Positions 21,969 through 35,334 of a DNA stretch of 64,000 nucleotides are shown in pieces; position 1 is the stretch's first letter, and the number at the start of each line of letters is the position of its first letter. The stretch spans positions 800,001 to 864,000 of the forward strand of contig CBDCDA010000002.1 of assembly GCA_965215335.1 (NCBI GenBank), read 5' to 3'. The notes beneath the pieces are model-generated. The model did no database searches. It was given only the letters and a program-made list of their open reading frames with translations, and had not been told where the DNA came from. This DNA is from an uncultured Candidatus Entotheonella sp. (GTDB lineage: Bacteria > Tectomicrobia > Entotheonellia > Entotheonellales > Entotheonellaceae). A program made the translations under genes and the position numbers.

Positions 21969-22492
21969 TCCGCAGCACGACCATTCTATGCGTACGCCGC
22001 AACGGCCAGGTGGCGATGGCGGGCGACGGTCAGGTGAGTTTCAACACGACCGTCATGAAGCACGGTGCCCGCAAGATCCGCAAGGTGCATCACGATCAGG
22101 CGCTGACCGGGTTCGCCGGCACCGCGGCCGATGCCTTCACCCTGGTTGACCGTTTCGAGACCAAGCTGGAGGAATATCAGGGCAGCCTGATCCGCGCCGC
22201 CGTGGAGCTTGCCAAGGACTGGCGTGCCGACCGCGTTCTACGGCGCCTGGAGGCGCTGCTCGCCGTGGCGGACCGGGAGACCTCGTTGATTCTCTCAGGT
22301 ACAGGGGATATCATTGAGCCCGACGACGGCGTCATTGGCATTGGTTCCGGGGGTTCCTACGCCTTGGCCGCCGCCCGCGCTTTGCAGCAGCATACGCAAC
22401 TCGGTGCTCGTGAGATTGCCGAAACGGCCATGCGTATCGCGGCTGACATCTGCATATACACGAATGACCACCTCAGCGTCGAAGAACTCTAA
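21965..22492 (+). CDS. hslV: HslV protease subunit
   Basis: [27 protein letters not shown]. Confidence 0.97.
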   Translation: MIRSTTILCVRRNGQVAMAGDGQVSFNTTVMKHGARKIRKVHHDQALTGFAGTAADAFTLVDRFETKLEEYQGSLIRAAVELAKDWRADRVLRRLEALLAVADRETSLILSGTGDIIEPDDGVIGIGSGGSYALAAARALQQHTQLGAREIAETAMRIAADICIYTNDHLSVEEL

Positions 22493-22516
22493 CCCCTTCT
22501 CTCAGCAGGATGCCGT

Positions 22517-23875
22517 ATGGGTGCCCTCACCCCGCGTGAGATCGTTCAGGAACTGGACAAATACATCGTTGGGCAGGACGACGCCAAGCGCGCCGTGGCG
22601 ATCGCGCTGCGCAACCGCTGGCGGCGTCAGCAGCTGGCCCCGGAGTTGCGCAACGAGGTGGCGCCCAAGAACATCATCATGATTGGCCCCACCGGGGTCG
22701 GCAAGACCGAGGTGGCGCGCCGTCTGGCCTCCCTGGCGCACTCGCCCTTCCTCAAGATCGAAGCCTCCAAGTTCACCGAGGTCGGCTATGTCGGGCGCGA
22801 CGTGGAATCAATGATCCGCGACCTTGCCGAGCTCAGCAAGAACATGGTGCAGCAGGAAGAGATGCGACGGGTGCAGGAGAAGGCGGCGGAGAACGCCGAG
22901 GAGCGTCTGCTGGATTTGCTGCTGCCGCACCCGCCGCGCGCGCCGGATACCGAACCGTCCGGCAATCTCGATGACCTCGGGCAACAGCATTATCAGAAGA
23001 CCCGCGAGAAGTTCCGCCGGTACCTGCGGGACGGCAAGCTCGACGACCGGCTTGTCGAGCTGGAGGTGCAGGACGGCAACAACCTGCCGATGATCGAGGT
23101 GGTGTCCGGCTCCGGGCTGGAAGACATGGGCATTCACATCAAGGACATGCTGGGCAACCTGTTTCCGCAGCGCAAGAAACGGCGCCAGGCCAGGGTGCCC
23201 GACGCCTTCAACATCCTCATGCAGGAGGAGGCGCAGCGCTTGGTCGACATGGACGCCGTGGTCAAGGAGGCGGTGCGGCGCGTGGAGCAGTCCGGCATCA
23301 TCTTCCTCGACGAGCTGGACAAGATCGCCGGGCGCGAGCGCAGCAGCGGCCCGGACGTGTCGCGCGAGGGCGTGCAGCGCGACCTGCTTCCGGTCATCGA
23401 GGGCAGCACGGTCAACACGAAATACGGCATGATCAAAACCGACCACATTCTCTTCATCGCCGCCGGGGCGTTCCACGTCTCCAAGCCGGCGGACCTGATC
23501 CCCGAGTTGCAGGGACGCTTTCCCATCCGGGTCGAGCTGCAGGCGCTGGGGAAGGACGACTTCGTGCGCATTTTGCGCGAGCCTCGCAACGCCCTCCTCA
23601 AGCAGTACCGGGCGCTGCTCGACACCGAGGGCGTCGAGGTAGTGTTCAGTGACGACGCCATCGAGGAGCTTGCCGGCATCGCCGATCGCGTCAATCAGCA
23701 GACGGAAAACATCGGCGCCCGCCGCCTGTACACCATCCTGGAACGACTGCTGGACGATCTCTCCTTCCGTGCCTCGGACATGACGGCAGGGCAGGTGACC
23801 ATCGACCGCCAGTACGTCGTGAAACGCCTCGAGGATGTCGTCAGCAGCGAGGACATCACCCGCTACATTCTATAG
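22517..23875 (+). CDS. hslU: HslU ATPase subunit
   Basis: [33 protein letters not shown]. Confidence 0.98.
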   Translation: MGALTPREIVQELDKYIVGQDDAKRAVAIALRNRWRRQQLAPELRNEVAPKNIIMIGPTGVGKTEVARRLASLAHSPFLKIEASKFTEVGYVGRDVESMIRDLAELSKNMVQQEEMRRVQEKAAENAEERLLDLLLPHPPRAPDTEPSGNLDDLGQQHYQKTREKFRRYLRDGKLDDRLVELEVQDGNNLPMIEVVSGSGLEDMGIHIKDMLGNLFPQRKKRRQARVPDAFNILMQEEAQRLVDMDAVVKEAVRRVEQSGIIFLDELDKIAGRERSSGPDVSREGVQRDLLPVIEGSTVNTKYGMIKTDHILFIAAGAFHVSKPADLIPELQGRFPIRVELQALGKDDFVRILREPRNALLKQYRALLDTEGVEVVFSDDAIEELAGIADRVNQQTENIGARRLYTILERLLDDLSFRASDMTAGQVTIDRQYVVKRLEDVVSSEDITRYIL

Positions 23876-23918
23876 GGCCGCCTATAGGGTCGCGCGGCCG
23901 CACGAGGAGTCGTTGGCC

Positions 23919-24806
23919 ATGCCCCCGACTGACCATATTCAGCAGGCCCATATGCTAGTCGAGGCCCTGCCGTACATCCAGCTGTTTTCCAACAAGACCG
24001 TGGTGGTGAAATACGGCGGCCACGCCATGACCGACGAAGCGCTGCGCGATTCCTTTGCGCGCGACATCGTGCTGCTGCAATGCGTCGGCATGCACCCCAT
24101 CGTCGTGCACGGCGGCGGACCGCAGATCGACGCCGTCATGAAGCGCATGGGGATCTCGGCGCGCTTCGAGGCCGGGTTGCGGGTGACCGACACGGCCACC
24201 ATGGAGGTGGTTGACATGGTGCTGGGCGGCAAGCTGAACAAGGAGATCGTCGCCACCATCAACCTGCACGGCGGCCAGGCGATCGGCCTGAGCGGCAAGG
24301 ACGCCAATCTGATCACTGCCGCCAAGAAGCAGATATACCGCTCCGTCTCACCCGGCAACCCACCGCAACTGGTTGACATCGGGCTGGTCGGCGAAGTCAA
24401 GACGGTCAACACGTCGATTCTTCTCACGCTGGAGAACAACGGTTTCATCCCCGTCATTGCGCCGACGGGCGTGGGTGAAAACGGGGAGAGCTACAACATC
24501 AACGCCGACACCGCCGCGGGCGACATCGCCGCGGCCCTGCAAGCCGAGCGGCTGCTGTTTCTGACGGACGTGGAAGGAATTCTGGACCGTGACAAGAAAT
24601 TGCTGCCGAGCCTCGACCGGCAGGCCGTTCAGCGGCTGCAGGACGAGGCCGTGATTGACGGCGGCATGCTGCCCAAGGTGGCGGCGTGCCTGCGCGCCCT
24701 GGGCGGCGGCGCCGCCAAGACCCACATCATCGATGGCCGGGTGCCGCACGTGGTGCTTCTGGAACTGTTCACGGACCGCGGCGTGGGCACGGAGATCGTC
24801 CGGTAG
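23919..24806 (+). CDS. argB: Acetylglutamate kinase
   Basis: VVKYGG, VHGGGPQI, YNINAD, GGMLPK. Confidence 0.96.
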   Translation: MPPTDHIQQAHMLVEALPYIQLFSNKTVVVKYGGHAMTDEALRDSFARDIVLLQCVGMHPIVVHGGGPQIDAVMKRMGISARFEAGLRVTDTATMEVVDMVLGGKLNKEIVATINLHGGQAIGLSGKDANLITAAKKQIYRSVSPGNPPQLVDIGLVGEVKTVNTSILLTLENNGFIPVIAPTGVGENGESYNINADTAAGDIAAALQAERLLFLTDVEGILDRDKKLLPSLDRQAVQRLQDEAVIDGGMLPKVAACLRALGGGAAKTHIIDGRVPHVVLLELFTDRGVGTEIVR

Positions 24807-24857
24807 AGTCGCTTGGGACCCTACGCCACCTCGCCTCTGGAGAGGGAGAGTTGTTTA

Positions 24858-25705
24858 GGGTTTGTGGACATTTGCACAGTCCTTGGCCATAATGGGATAG
24901 GCCCCAACCCCGATCAACAACAACCAAACGGAGGTGGACGCATACCGCGACGAATCCTCAGCAACTCGCAATGGGATCGCGTAGCGCCCCTGCTACCCGG
25001 AAAGACCGAAGACCCAGGACGATCCGCAAGAGACAACCGGGAGTTCCTCGAAGCCGTCCTGTGTATCGCCCGTACCGGCGCCCCATGGCGCGACCTGCCA
25101 GACGAGTTCGGACGCTGGAACTCGGTTGTTCCGACGCTTCCGAAGATGGGCCCTGAAGGGCGTCTTCAAGAGGGTCTTCGAGGTCTTGTCGGTCGATCGA
25201 CTTCGAGTACGTGCTCATCGACGGCACCATCGCAAGACTCATCAACACGGGGCTGGCGCAAAAGGGGGACCCGCAGCCAGGCGATCGGTCGCTCGCGGGG
25301 TGGCCCAGGCACGAAAATCAGCGTGATGGTGGACGCCTTGGGCAACCTGGTGCGTTTCGTGCTGCTGCCGGGTCAGCGCCATGATCTGATTGGCGTCCCG
25401 CCACTGCTCGAGGGTGTCGAGTTCGAGGCGCTGATTGCCGACAAGGCTTACGACAGCAACGACTTGCGGGCCGAGTTGGGAGTCCGTGCGGCGACGGCGG
25501 TGATTCCTCCCAGGTCCAATCGTGTCGAGGCCATCGACTACGACACGGAGATGTACGAGTGGCGTCACCTGGTGGAGAATTTCTTTTGCAAGCTCAAGCA
25601 TTTTCGTCGTCTTGCGATGCGTTTCGAGAAGACCGACGTCAGCTACGCCGCGATGATCCATGTGGTGAGTTCTCGCTTGGCACTTGTCTAAATGTCCACA
25701 GGCCC
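24858..25705 (+). mobile_element. Second type of IS5-family element with a degenerate (frameshifted) transposase
   Basis: TIRs GGGTTTGTGGACATT / AATGTCCACAGGCCC, TA on both sides; RTGAPWRDLP, GRSRGG, ADKAYD, RHLVENFF. Confidence 0.88.
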
Positions 25706-25707
25706 TA

Positions 25708-26549
25708 GGTTCAGGACTCATATCCAGAAGATGACCGTGGCAGCAAGGCAGATGGCACTGAAAAAGGTGTGCGCACACCGGTCATAGCGCGTGGCGATGC
25801 GACGCCAATCCTTGAGACGACCGAACAGGCGCTCGATGAGATTACGGCTCTTGTAAAGCTCCGTGTCGTAGACAATCGGCTCTTTACGATTGCACGGCCT
25901 GGAATACAGGGCTTGATCTTGCGCTCGGCAAGCGCCTTGCGCAGCCGGTTGCTGTCATAACCCTTGTCGGCAATCAGCACGTCGGCCTCCGGCAATGCGG
26001 GCGGCGCCATGTCCGCCCCGCGATAGTCGCTGACCCGGCCCGCAGTCAACACCATGACGACGGGCTTGCCGTCGCCGTCGCAGACGGCGTGAAGTTTCGA
26101 GTTGAGGCCGCCTCGGGTACGCCCGATATGACGCGGAAAAGCCCCCCCTCAAGCAGGCTGGCAGCGGTGCGATGCGCCTTGAGATGCGTGCTGTCGATCA
26201 TGACGGTCTCGGTGGCCGTGCTGTCGGCGGCCAAGGTTTGGAAGATGCGGTCGAAGACACCGGCCTTGCTCCAGCGCACGAAGCGGTTGTAGAGCGTCTT
26301 GTGGGGACCGTAGCAGGCGGGCGCGTGGCGCCACATCAGACCGTATCGAATGACGTGGATGATGCCGCTGATGACTTTTCGGTCATCGACGCGTGGGACG
26401 CCCCGCACCTTGTTGGGTAGCAGGGGTTTCAGGCGGGCAAACTGCACGTCGGATAGCCAGAAGCAGTGATCGGGCATGATGAACCTCCTTATGAAGTTAG
26501 GGTCTTGAATCCTACATGATCAATGATACCCTTTTATAGGTCCTGAGCC
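25708..26549 (-). mobile_element. IS5-family element copy 2 (transposase 25718-26477, orfB has a 1-bp deletion)
   Basis: TIRs GGTTCAGGAC / GTCCTGAGCC, TA flanks, high identity to 4885-5726. Confidence 0.92.
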
Positions 26550-26573
26550 TAGCCACGGCGAAAGGAAGGCATT

Positions 26574-27508
26574 GTGAAACGCGATTTACTGTCGCTCGCC
26601 GACGTGACGCCGGCAGAGATCGATGACCTGTTGTCCTTGGCCAGCGATCTCAAGACGCGGCGAAAGCGCGACGAACCGGCACCCCTGCTGGCCGGCAAGG
26701 CCTTGGCCGTGTACCTGGAAAAGCCGTCGCTGCGCACGCGGGCGTCGTTCGAGGTCGGCATGGCCCAGCTTGGCGGCGCCGTCACCACCCTGCGCCGGGA
26801 GGAAGTCGGCCTCGGCACGCGGGAGTCGGCGGGGGACGTCGGCCAGGTGCTGTCGCGGTATTACGACGCCGTCGTCATGCGCACCTTCGAGCACGGCGAC
26901 GTGGCGGAAGTCGCCCGGCATGCCAGCGTGCCGGTCATCAACGGCCTGACCGACTTGCTGCACCCGTGCCAGATTCTCACCGCCCTGCTGACGCTGCGGG
27001 AGCATTTCGGCAGCCTGAGCGGCTTGCACGTTGCCTACGTCGGTGACGGCAACAACGTGGCCAACTCGTGGCTGCTGGGCGCCGCCCAGACGGGCTTGCG
27101 GCTGACCATCGCGTGCCCGCCCGGTTATCAGCCGAACGCCACCATTCGCGAACAGGCCGAGGGCCTGGCACGCGGCACCGGGGCGGTGCTGGAAGTCGTC
27201 GAGGATCCGCGGCAGGGCGTCAGTGGCGCCGACGCGGTGTACACGGATGTCTGGGCCAGCATGGGACAGGAAGCCGAGGCCGCTCGCCGGGCCGAGGTCT
27301 TTCGTCCGTATCAGGTCGGAATGGATTTGATGACCAAGGCCGCGCCGCACGCCGTGGCCATGCACTGCCTGCCCGCCCATCGCGGCGAGGAAATCGCCGC
27401 CGACGTCCTGGAAGGGCCACGCTCGTTGGTGTTCGAGGAGGCGGAAAACCGCCTGCACGCCCAAAAGGCCCTGCTGGCATTTCTGGTCAACCCGGGAGGA
27501 AAGCACGC

Positions 27509-27512
<4 letters not shown>
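26574..27512 (+). CDS. argF: Ornithine carbamoyltransferase
   Basis: [31 protein letters not shown]. Confidence 0.93.
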
Positions 27513-28732
<1,220 letters not shown>

Positions 28733-28782
28733 GTCGGATTCGCACGGCGTGATCCGATGTTGCTTCAGGGCGGATTGACAGC

Positions 28783-28923
28783 ATGCGACTGTCCTGGAAC
28801 GAAATGCACGCCCGAGCCGGGACCTTTGCCCGCGAGTGGGCGCGCGCTATGAACGGGGCGAGACGCAGAGCTTCTACAACGAGTTCTTCCAGGTCTTTGG
28901 CGTCAAACGCCGCACCGTAGCTA
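28783..28923 (+). pseudogene. 5' remnant of an MmeI-like (type IIL) restriction-modification gene
   Basis: MRLSWNEMHARAGTFAREW..YERGETQSFYNEFFQVFGVKRRTVA; frameshifted and cut by IS. Confidence 0.7.
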
Positions 28924-29766
28924 GGCTCAGGACTCATATCCAGAAGATGACCGTGGCAGCAAGGCAGATGGCACTGAAAAAGGTGTGCGCACACCGGTCA
29001 TGGCGCGTGGCGATACGGCGCCAATCTTTGAGGCGACCGAACAGGCGCTCGATGAGATTACGGCTCTTGTAAAGCTCCGTGTCGTAGACAATCGGCTCTT
29101 TACGATTGGCACGGCCTGGAATACAGGGCTTGATCTTGCGCTCGGCAAGCGCCTTGCGCAGCCGGTTGCTGTCATAACCCTTGTCGGCAATCAGCACGTC
29201 GGCCTCCGGCAATGCGGGCGGCGCCATGTCCGCCCCGCGATAGTCGCTGACCTGACCCGCCGTCAACAACAGCACGATGGGCTTGCCATCGCCGTCACAG
29301 ACCGCATGGAGCCTGGAGTTCAGACCGCCTCGGGTGCACCCGATCTGACGCGGAAAAGCCCTTTTTTCAGCAGGCTGGCAGCGGTGCGATGCGCCTGGAT
29401 ATGGGTGCTGTCGATCATCACGGTTTCGGTCTCGGTGCTTTCTGATGCCAGGGTCTGGAAGACACGGTCGAACACCCCGGCCTTGCTCCGGCGCACGAAG
29501 CGGTTGCAGAGGGTCTTGTGGGGACCGTAGCAGGCGGGGGCATCGCGCCACATGAGACCATAGCGGATGACTTGGATGATACCGCTGATGACCTTTCGGT
29601 CATCGACGCGTGGGACGTCGCGCACCTTGTTGGGCAGCAGGGGTTGAAGTCGGGCAAACTGCGCATCGGAGAGCCAGAAGTGATGATCGGGCATGATGAG
29701 CCTCCCCATGGAGTCAGGGTCTTGAATCCGATATGTTCAATGATGACCCGTTATAGGTCCTGAGCC
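28924..29766 (-). mobile_element. IS5-family element copy 3 (transposase 28934-29694)
   Basis: TIRs GGCTCAGGAC / GTCCTGAGCC; A-AAA-AAG slippery site; flanks TA/TG do not match. Confidence 0.92.
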
Positions 29767-30226
29767 TGGCACCAACGAAGGCGACGTTGTGCTTGATCCC
29801 TTCTGCAAGTGTGCCGCAACGCTCGAGGTGGCCTACAAACTGAAGCGTCAATGGATTGGCATCAACGATGCCATTCACGCCGTCAAGCGCATGGCGGCAA
29901 TATGGCTTCGCGATCATCTGGAATTGAAAGAGGGAACCGATTTTATCCTTGAAGGCATTCCTCGAACCCTGAAAGATGCCCGCGATCCATGGGACCGCGA
30001 TCCGTATCACTTCCAAAGATGGGCCATAGAACAATCTGATGGCTTCGTGACAACGAGCAGAACAGCAGACGGCAGCATCCGACGGGCGCCTCTACTTCGG
30101 TCTGCCAAACATCAAAGGTCTGCAAAGCATGGCGATTGAAGTGAAAGGCGGTGAAGACGTGACCAGACGCGACTTCCGCATGTTACATGATGTGCTTGAA
30201 AACGGTGACGCGTTCATGGTTGGCTT
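29767..30226 (+). pseudogene. Internal remnant of an N4/N6 DNA methyltransferase fused to an Mrr-like nuclease
   Basis: TNEGDVVLDPFCKCAATL (degenerate DPFxGxG), RQWIGI, FQRWAIE, IDG..AIEVKGG; bounded by two ISs. Confidence 0.7.
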
Positions 30227-31753
30227 GTAAGCGTTCAGAGGGCCGTGCAATGGGAGGGGTTATCGTAGAGCCAAGAGAGGTCAGGCGGACGGTCGTGCAT
30301 GAACGCCTCAAGGGCGTCAACCAACACCGAGAAGGTCGATTGTTCCAGTTGCCGACATGTCTGACGCAGCGACAGACTCCGTTGCACCCAGGCATTGCCC
30401 TTGATACTCGCCGTACCCAAGGAACTCTTGCGCCACAACACGCCAAAGCGCAAGGCGCGCTCCGCCCGGTTGTTGGTCGGCTCAACTCCCGACTCGTTGA
30501 GAAACACCCACAACGAACCCAACTCGCGCCGTAAGCACCTCACCAGACGACCGCCATCATCAGGGCGCAGCCCATAGCGTTTCATCAGACGACACAACCG
30601 CGCATACCATGCCTGCCATTGCCCCCCACTTGGCGGCGCGTGAGCCATCTGACACAAACGCTGGAGTTCCTGCAAGACCGCCTTGCCACAGGCAGCAAGG
30701 CCAGGAACCTGTCGCTGCGACAACTCCCGGGCACGGCGAATGAGATGCGCCAAGCAGGTCTGACGAGCATTGCCCCAGGCTTGATACACCCCGTAGCCGT
30801 CACTGACCAGGATGCCGCGCCAATCCTTGATCAAAGACCCGAAGGCTTCCTGCGAACGCTTGGGATGAATACGGTACAGGGCGACGGTATCCGTGACCAT
30901 GCTCCAGAGCCATTGCAAGGCATGGCGGCAGTACCAGGGCGTCTCGTCAACGTAGCCCACCCGTGCCTTGCGGGCCAAGCGAGCCATGGCCGCATCGTGC
31001 GGCACAATAGCCAGGGAGGTACGGTCGATGAGACGCTGAATCGCCCCCAGGCTGATTGGCACACCCAACACCGAGCGACAGAAATCCTGTACGCCGCGCC
31101 GGGAGATGCGGTGCATGGCACTGAGTTCGCCAATCAAGGCCGTCAGACGCGGGCCATGGCCGGTTTGCTGCGCCTTGGGGAGGCGGGCCTTGAGCAGCCG
31201 GCCACAGCCTGAACATCGGCCTTGGTGCAAGACCTAGTGGGTGACGTGCAACGCCATGGGTGGCAACTCCATGACCTGATGGAGGTGATACGGCGCTGTC
31301 TGGCCAGGTACGCCCTGGCCGCAGGCACAAGGTCCGGGATGGATGGCCCGCCGCTCGGTGGGACGGCGCAATCTGGAGCCTGACCCAGGATGGCCCATTC
31401 GTGCGCCCCGTTTGCCTGGGGGCTTGTCTTGCTTGCTGACAGGTCTTTGGAAGGGTGAATCCGACGAGGGTGGTTTGTCGGATGTCTTGGACGTGCGTTG
31501 CAAGCGCTTTTGGAGTTGGTCGATTTGTTCCTGGAGTTGGGCCAGGCGTTGGTGCAGGGTGAAGAGACAGGCTTGTACAGCCGGTGGTGTGTGCTGCCAA
31601 TCGGTTTGCGACAGCGACTCAGGCGGTATCGACGGTTCCATTCGGGACTTCCTGAGAAGGGCAACGGGAGAGCGAAAAACGAGTGTGACCGTAGCCCATA
31701 ATAGGGCCGTCATGCAATAGATACCTGCACACTTGGCCCCCCTGAACGCTTAC
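30227..31753 (-). mobile_element. IS66-family element copy 2 (transposase 30235-31641 with internal TAG)
   Basis: Same TIRs and near identity to 9279-10805; TGG>TAG at 31234-31236; no matching target duplication. Confidence 0.93.
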
Positions 31754-32010
31754 GGGTCGGCCATGCACCAGCGGGTCAACGCCGCTCCGAGTGCACGACC
31801 CGGGCCGGATTTGCCCAGGATGTCCAGCCAAGTCTCGTCCAGGAACCCGTCGCCGGAGAACAACGCATTGTCGGCCAGTTCCCCAAGAAGGGTGCGCATC
31901 GCGCCACTCAGGTCTTCGCGGTGCGCCTGGGCGGCCTCGACGTTCACGTACACGCATCGGAAGTCGCCTGCTTCGCCGCGGTTCAGCAGGTCCTTCAGCG
32001 CCAGGAGGGC
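31754..32010 (-). pseudogene. Duplicated internal fragment of the AAA-ATPase gene
   Basis: Near-identical to about 37311-37568. Confidence 0.88.
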
Positions 32011-32769
32011 GAAGGAAACTCCACCTTCCAGATTTGGCCCTCATCCGGGACGTACTGGCCAGTGCGGATGCTGGTGATGGCGTACCCCGGGAGGGGGCCA
32101 CGCCTTGCCATGCACTTCCCATCAAGTAGCCCGCCGAGCTGGCCAAAGTTGAAGTCGAGGTTGTCGAAGCCGTATTGCTTTCGGCCCTCGGGCAAGTCAT
32201 TGACATTGGCCGGGATGACGTGCAGGAAGAATTGCGCCACCGTGTCCGTCCCACTGCACGGTTCCTTGACGTACACGAGACTGTTCTCATGGCGGTCGAA
32301 ATATTATCGAATTCAGAACGAATCAGAAGCTCGTCGGGTCCACCTACACCTGTCATTTCATGAATATTCCACTGATAGCTGTCGAACGCCGCGACGCCAG
32401 CGTCTGCTTGAAGGAACGGCTGTTTTCCTTGAAAAGCAGCCGCTGTCCGTGAGGCGTACGACAAAATTGGGTAATTTCTCTGATTGGCTATAGATATGAC
32501 CTCTCTTTTGCCGGGTATCTTCCGCCTACTGACGAAGTAGTACTCTTGGTCTGCTTTGGGTTTGTCTGTATGTATTTTGTAATCTTTGTCGTAAAAGTAG
32601 CTTGTAAAATCAGCAAAAAAATCGTCTATGAGTTTGTACTCATGTTCATCCCCTGTTCTTCTTATTTGGACATACTCCCGCTGATCAAGGAGATGGGTGA
32701 TTTCAGAGATCATTTTTTCCTCGGTGTTGCGTAGACTGTGTTGAACAATTGTTTGAAATGAAAAATTGT

Positions 32770-34086
32770 CAATAGGTCGGACAGAATTTAGGCCGCCCTG
32801 TCCGCGATCGTGCCATAGTTGCGAAGGTCTTGGTATTCGGGGCTGGATTTTTCCAGGCTATGTCCCTGGGCTAAATACCGAGAAATTCGCTCAAGTAGGT
32901 GTTGGTTGAAGGCGCGACGTTTGACACTCGCCATGGAAAATCCTGCCTGGCTAACGCCGCTTTGCTGCCGAGCTTCCAGTTTGCCCAAACTCATAGCACT
33001 CGTGCTCGCATTGAAGTGAACATGCAGCTTGGCTTGGGAACGCGCTTGACAGGCACTCAGAGACGTAAACTGCTTGGCGTCTCGGAAGAGAAATTCGATC
33101 TGGAAGCGCGCTTTGTAGGCGCGATAGAGGCTGTGCACATCCACGTCGGTATCCGTGCTGAACAGCACCGCCCGCCGGTGAGTGCGGGTATCGACCACGA
33201 GCACCACACGCAGATTGCGCCGAAGATGCACGTGGTTGAGGACTTGGTGATAGAGCACGACGGCGTCGTCTTGGCTCGCTACACGCTCAAAGCGTGTCAG
33301 GTCGTCCCAATGGACCTTGCCGTCATAAGTCTTGGGTCGCCCGGGTCCTGGGCGTCCCGGTCCTTGGTAGAGATAGCGCAGATTGGCGTCACGGCGCAGC
33401 TTGCCAATCTGATGCAGCCCCAGGGCACGAAGTCCGTCAAGGAATTTACGTTTGCTGTAATAGCCGTCCGTTATCACATAGCGTAGATGATGGAGTTGGT
33501 GGCCACAGACCACGCCTCGCAATTGCTCCAGATAGGCATCGATACGGGTGCCTTGCACCTCAGAGGTCTTGTCGCTCGGCGGTGTCTGCTCAACACTGAG
33601 GCCATAGGCGCATCTGTCGGTGAGGTCGAGCCAGGCTATAGCCGAGACTTCCAGACCTTTTTCACTGCGCCGGTGGCCACTATTCCAGAAGGGTTCAAGA
33701 CCATAGGTGTGGTTGCCACTTTTGGGGATGAAGCTGGCATCGATGACCAGAGCCTGTTGATGATCAGGCGGGATGACCTGGGTAATGGCCGCCTTGTTGA
33801 GTGCGACAAAGTCGAAGGGTCGGTCGTACCAGCGCGCAAAGGTGCGCTCGTGATATGGACTGTAGCGGCTGAGATTGCGAAACGTGGCGTGTCCGGGAAG
33901 CATCAGGAGAAGTCCCAAGAGATGGGCGACGAATTTGCGTTGCGGTTTCTTGGTTTGGGCTAAGGTCGGCAGTACACTTTGAAGCAGTCGCACGGGGCGC
34001 CTCCATTCTCAGTTGCGTTGGCTACACAACTATAGAATTGGAGAACCCGTGCGGCTACCTAGCTGTCAAAACTGTCCGAAGTATTG
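32770..34086 (-). mobile_element. IS701-like element, complete copy
   Basis: TIRs CAATAGGTCGGACAG / CTGTCCGAAGTATTG; 6-bp target duplication AATTGT. Confidence 0.93.
32788..33993 (-). CDS. DDE transposase, 401 aa
   Basis: VIDASFIPKSG, ITDGYYS, YKARFQIEFLFRDAKQ. Confidence 0.92.
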   Translation of the reverse strand: MRLLQSVLPTLAQTKKPQRKFVAHLLGLLLMLPGHATFRNLSRYSPYHERTFARWYDRPFDFVALNKAAITQVIPPDHQQALVIDASFIPKSGNHTYGLEPFWNSGHRRSEKGLEVSAIAWLDLTDRCAYGLSVEQTPPSDKTSEVQGTRIDAYLEQLRGVVCGHQLHHLRYVITDGYYSKRKFLDGLRALGLHQIGKLRRDANLRYLYQGPGRPGPGRPKTYDGKVHWDDLTRFERVASQDDAVVLYHQVLNHVHLRRNLRVVLVVDTRTHRRAVLFSTDTDVDVHSLYRAYKARFQIEFLFRDAKQFTSLSACQARSQAKLHVHFNASTSAMSLGKLEARQQSGVSQAGFSMASVKRRAFNQHLLERISRYLAQGHSLEKSSPEYQDLRNYGTIADRAA

Positions 34087-34596
34087 AATTGTAATAGTTG
34101 CATCCAATAAAGAAAACCATGAAGCTGGTCAATGTAAACGTTGCTGCGTTTGCAAGCGTTCTCGAATACCCTCCGATCGCTTCCAAGATGAATTTGGCAG
34201 AGAAAGCCAGCAGCGTTGTGAAAATGGGAATGAGGACATACCAGTAGCGAAGAACGACGCCCCAGGAGAAGCTGAGGATGAGGAACATACTTACAAATTG
34301 GCCCAGGAGAAACAAGATGAAAACGAGTTCATTGTCGAGTCGCCGGTTAACGATCTTTATGACGACGGCGAGCAGCAACGTGGCCGAGAGAATGACGAAA
34401 CCGGTGGTAATCCAGAGGGACGTATCAACCTGAAATAGTCCTTTACAAATTTCCACCATGTTCTGGATGAACAGGTCCTTGGTTATATCCTGCCCGTAGC
34501 CGACCTTAGTGATTTTTGAGGCTGCGTATACCCTGAGGAAAGTCAAGAAGAAAATTGAGACAAGCGGTATGCCAGCCAGAATCTTCCTCCAGCTAT

Positions 34597-34607
34597 CCCC
34601 CCCCCCC
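34597..34607. repeat. C11 homopolymer (G11 on the coding strand) at the frameshift of gene C
   Basis: AGCTAT-C11-GCCGCC; the two overlapping ORFs switch frame here. Confidence 0.9.
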
Positions 34608-35334
34608 GCCGCCACAAGAGCAAGGCATAGTAGGAGACCAGCATCCAAGCACAAACTGCGACGTTGACCTCTTTGGACAAAGAGAGGCCGAGACAGCCCA
34701 GACAGAACAGGCCGTATTTCAGAAGCGCCGATCGGGTCCATCTCCCGTTGCCTTCACCCAAAAGCATGAGCGCTGCCATCCAATTGCACAGGCCGAGGAA
34801 GAACACCGTATGAACTTCCTGGGTAGACAGCCGGGAAGCCGGCGAGTTCGGGAAGAAGAGCCAGAGATACACCAGTAAGCCAAGCGGCAGGAGCGGCAAT
34901 GGGTGGTAAACCCTGCCGCGCTCGGCGGGAACTGAAAAATACCCTCCCACTTGTTTCAATAGACAGAGAAAGGATGCCGCAAACATGAAGACCGAGCTAA
35001 AGTGGACTACCCACCTGCTCAGATGATGCAACCATGGAGTTACGCCGAAGACTTTCCACGCGACCGCATCGGAGAAGACCCGAAGAGGCCAGTATCTCCA
35101 GAGGTCCGAATACGGGTCCGAATACGGGTCCGAACTCAGGAACTCGTGATAGAGCCAGCCAAGGAACTGTTCTGAACTGTCGAGTATCTGGACATGCCTC
35201 CAGGACTTGTAGTCATCAGTCAGGGCAAACGGGGTAGTCAGTGAGTAATAAAGTACCGGAATGAGCAACAGGGCCGGAACAGCGAAGAGTACGACCTTCA
35301 GATTTCGGGAGTGGAAGTCTGGAGATATCATTTA

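Larger units (their letters stand above)
31995..35331 (-). pseudogene. GT-C-like multi-TM protein 'C' with C-terminal domain X; broken by a poly-G frameshift, an IS insertion and a second frameshift
   Basis: TM1 + TDDY motif. Pieces 34543-35331, 34087-34600, 32300-32769 and 31995-32300 join after removing the IS and two indels. Lower GC than the core genes. Confidence 0.72.

Noticed and set aside
35103..35133. 12-bp tandem repeat (SDPY x2) as CRISPR or contingency repeat
   Set aside because: Only about 2.5 in-frame units, no spacers.
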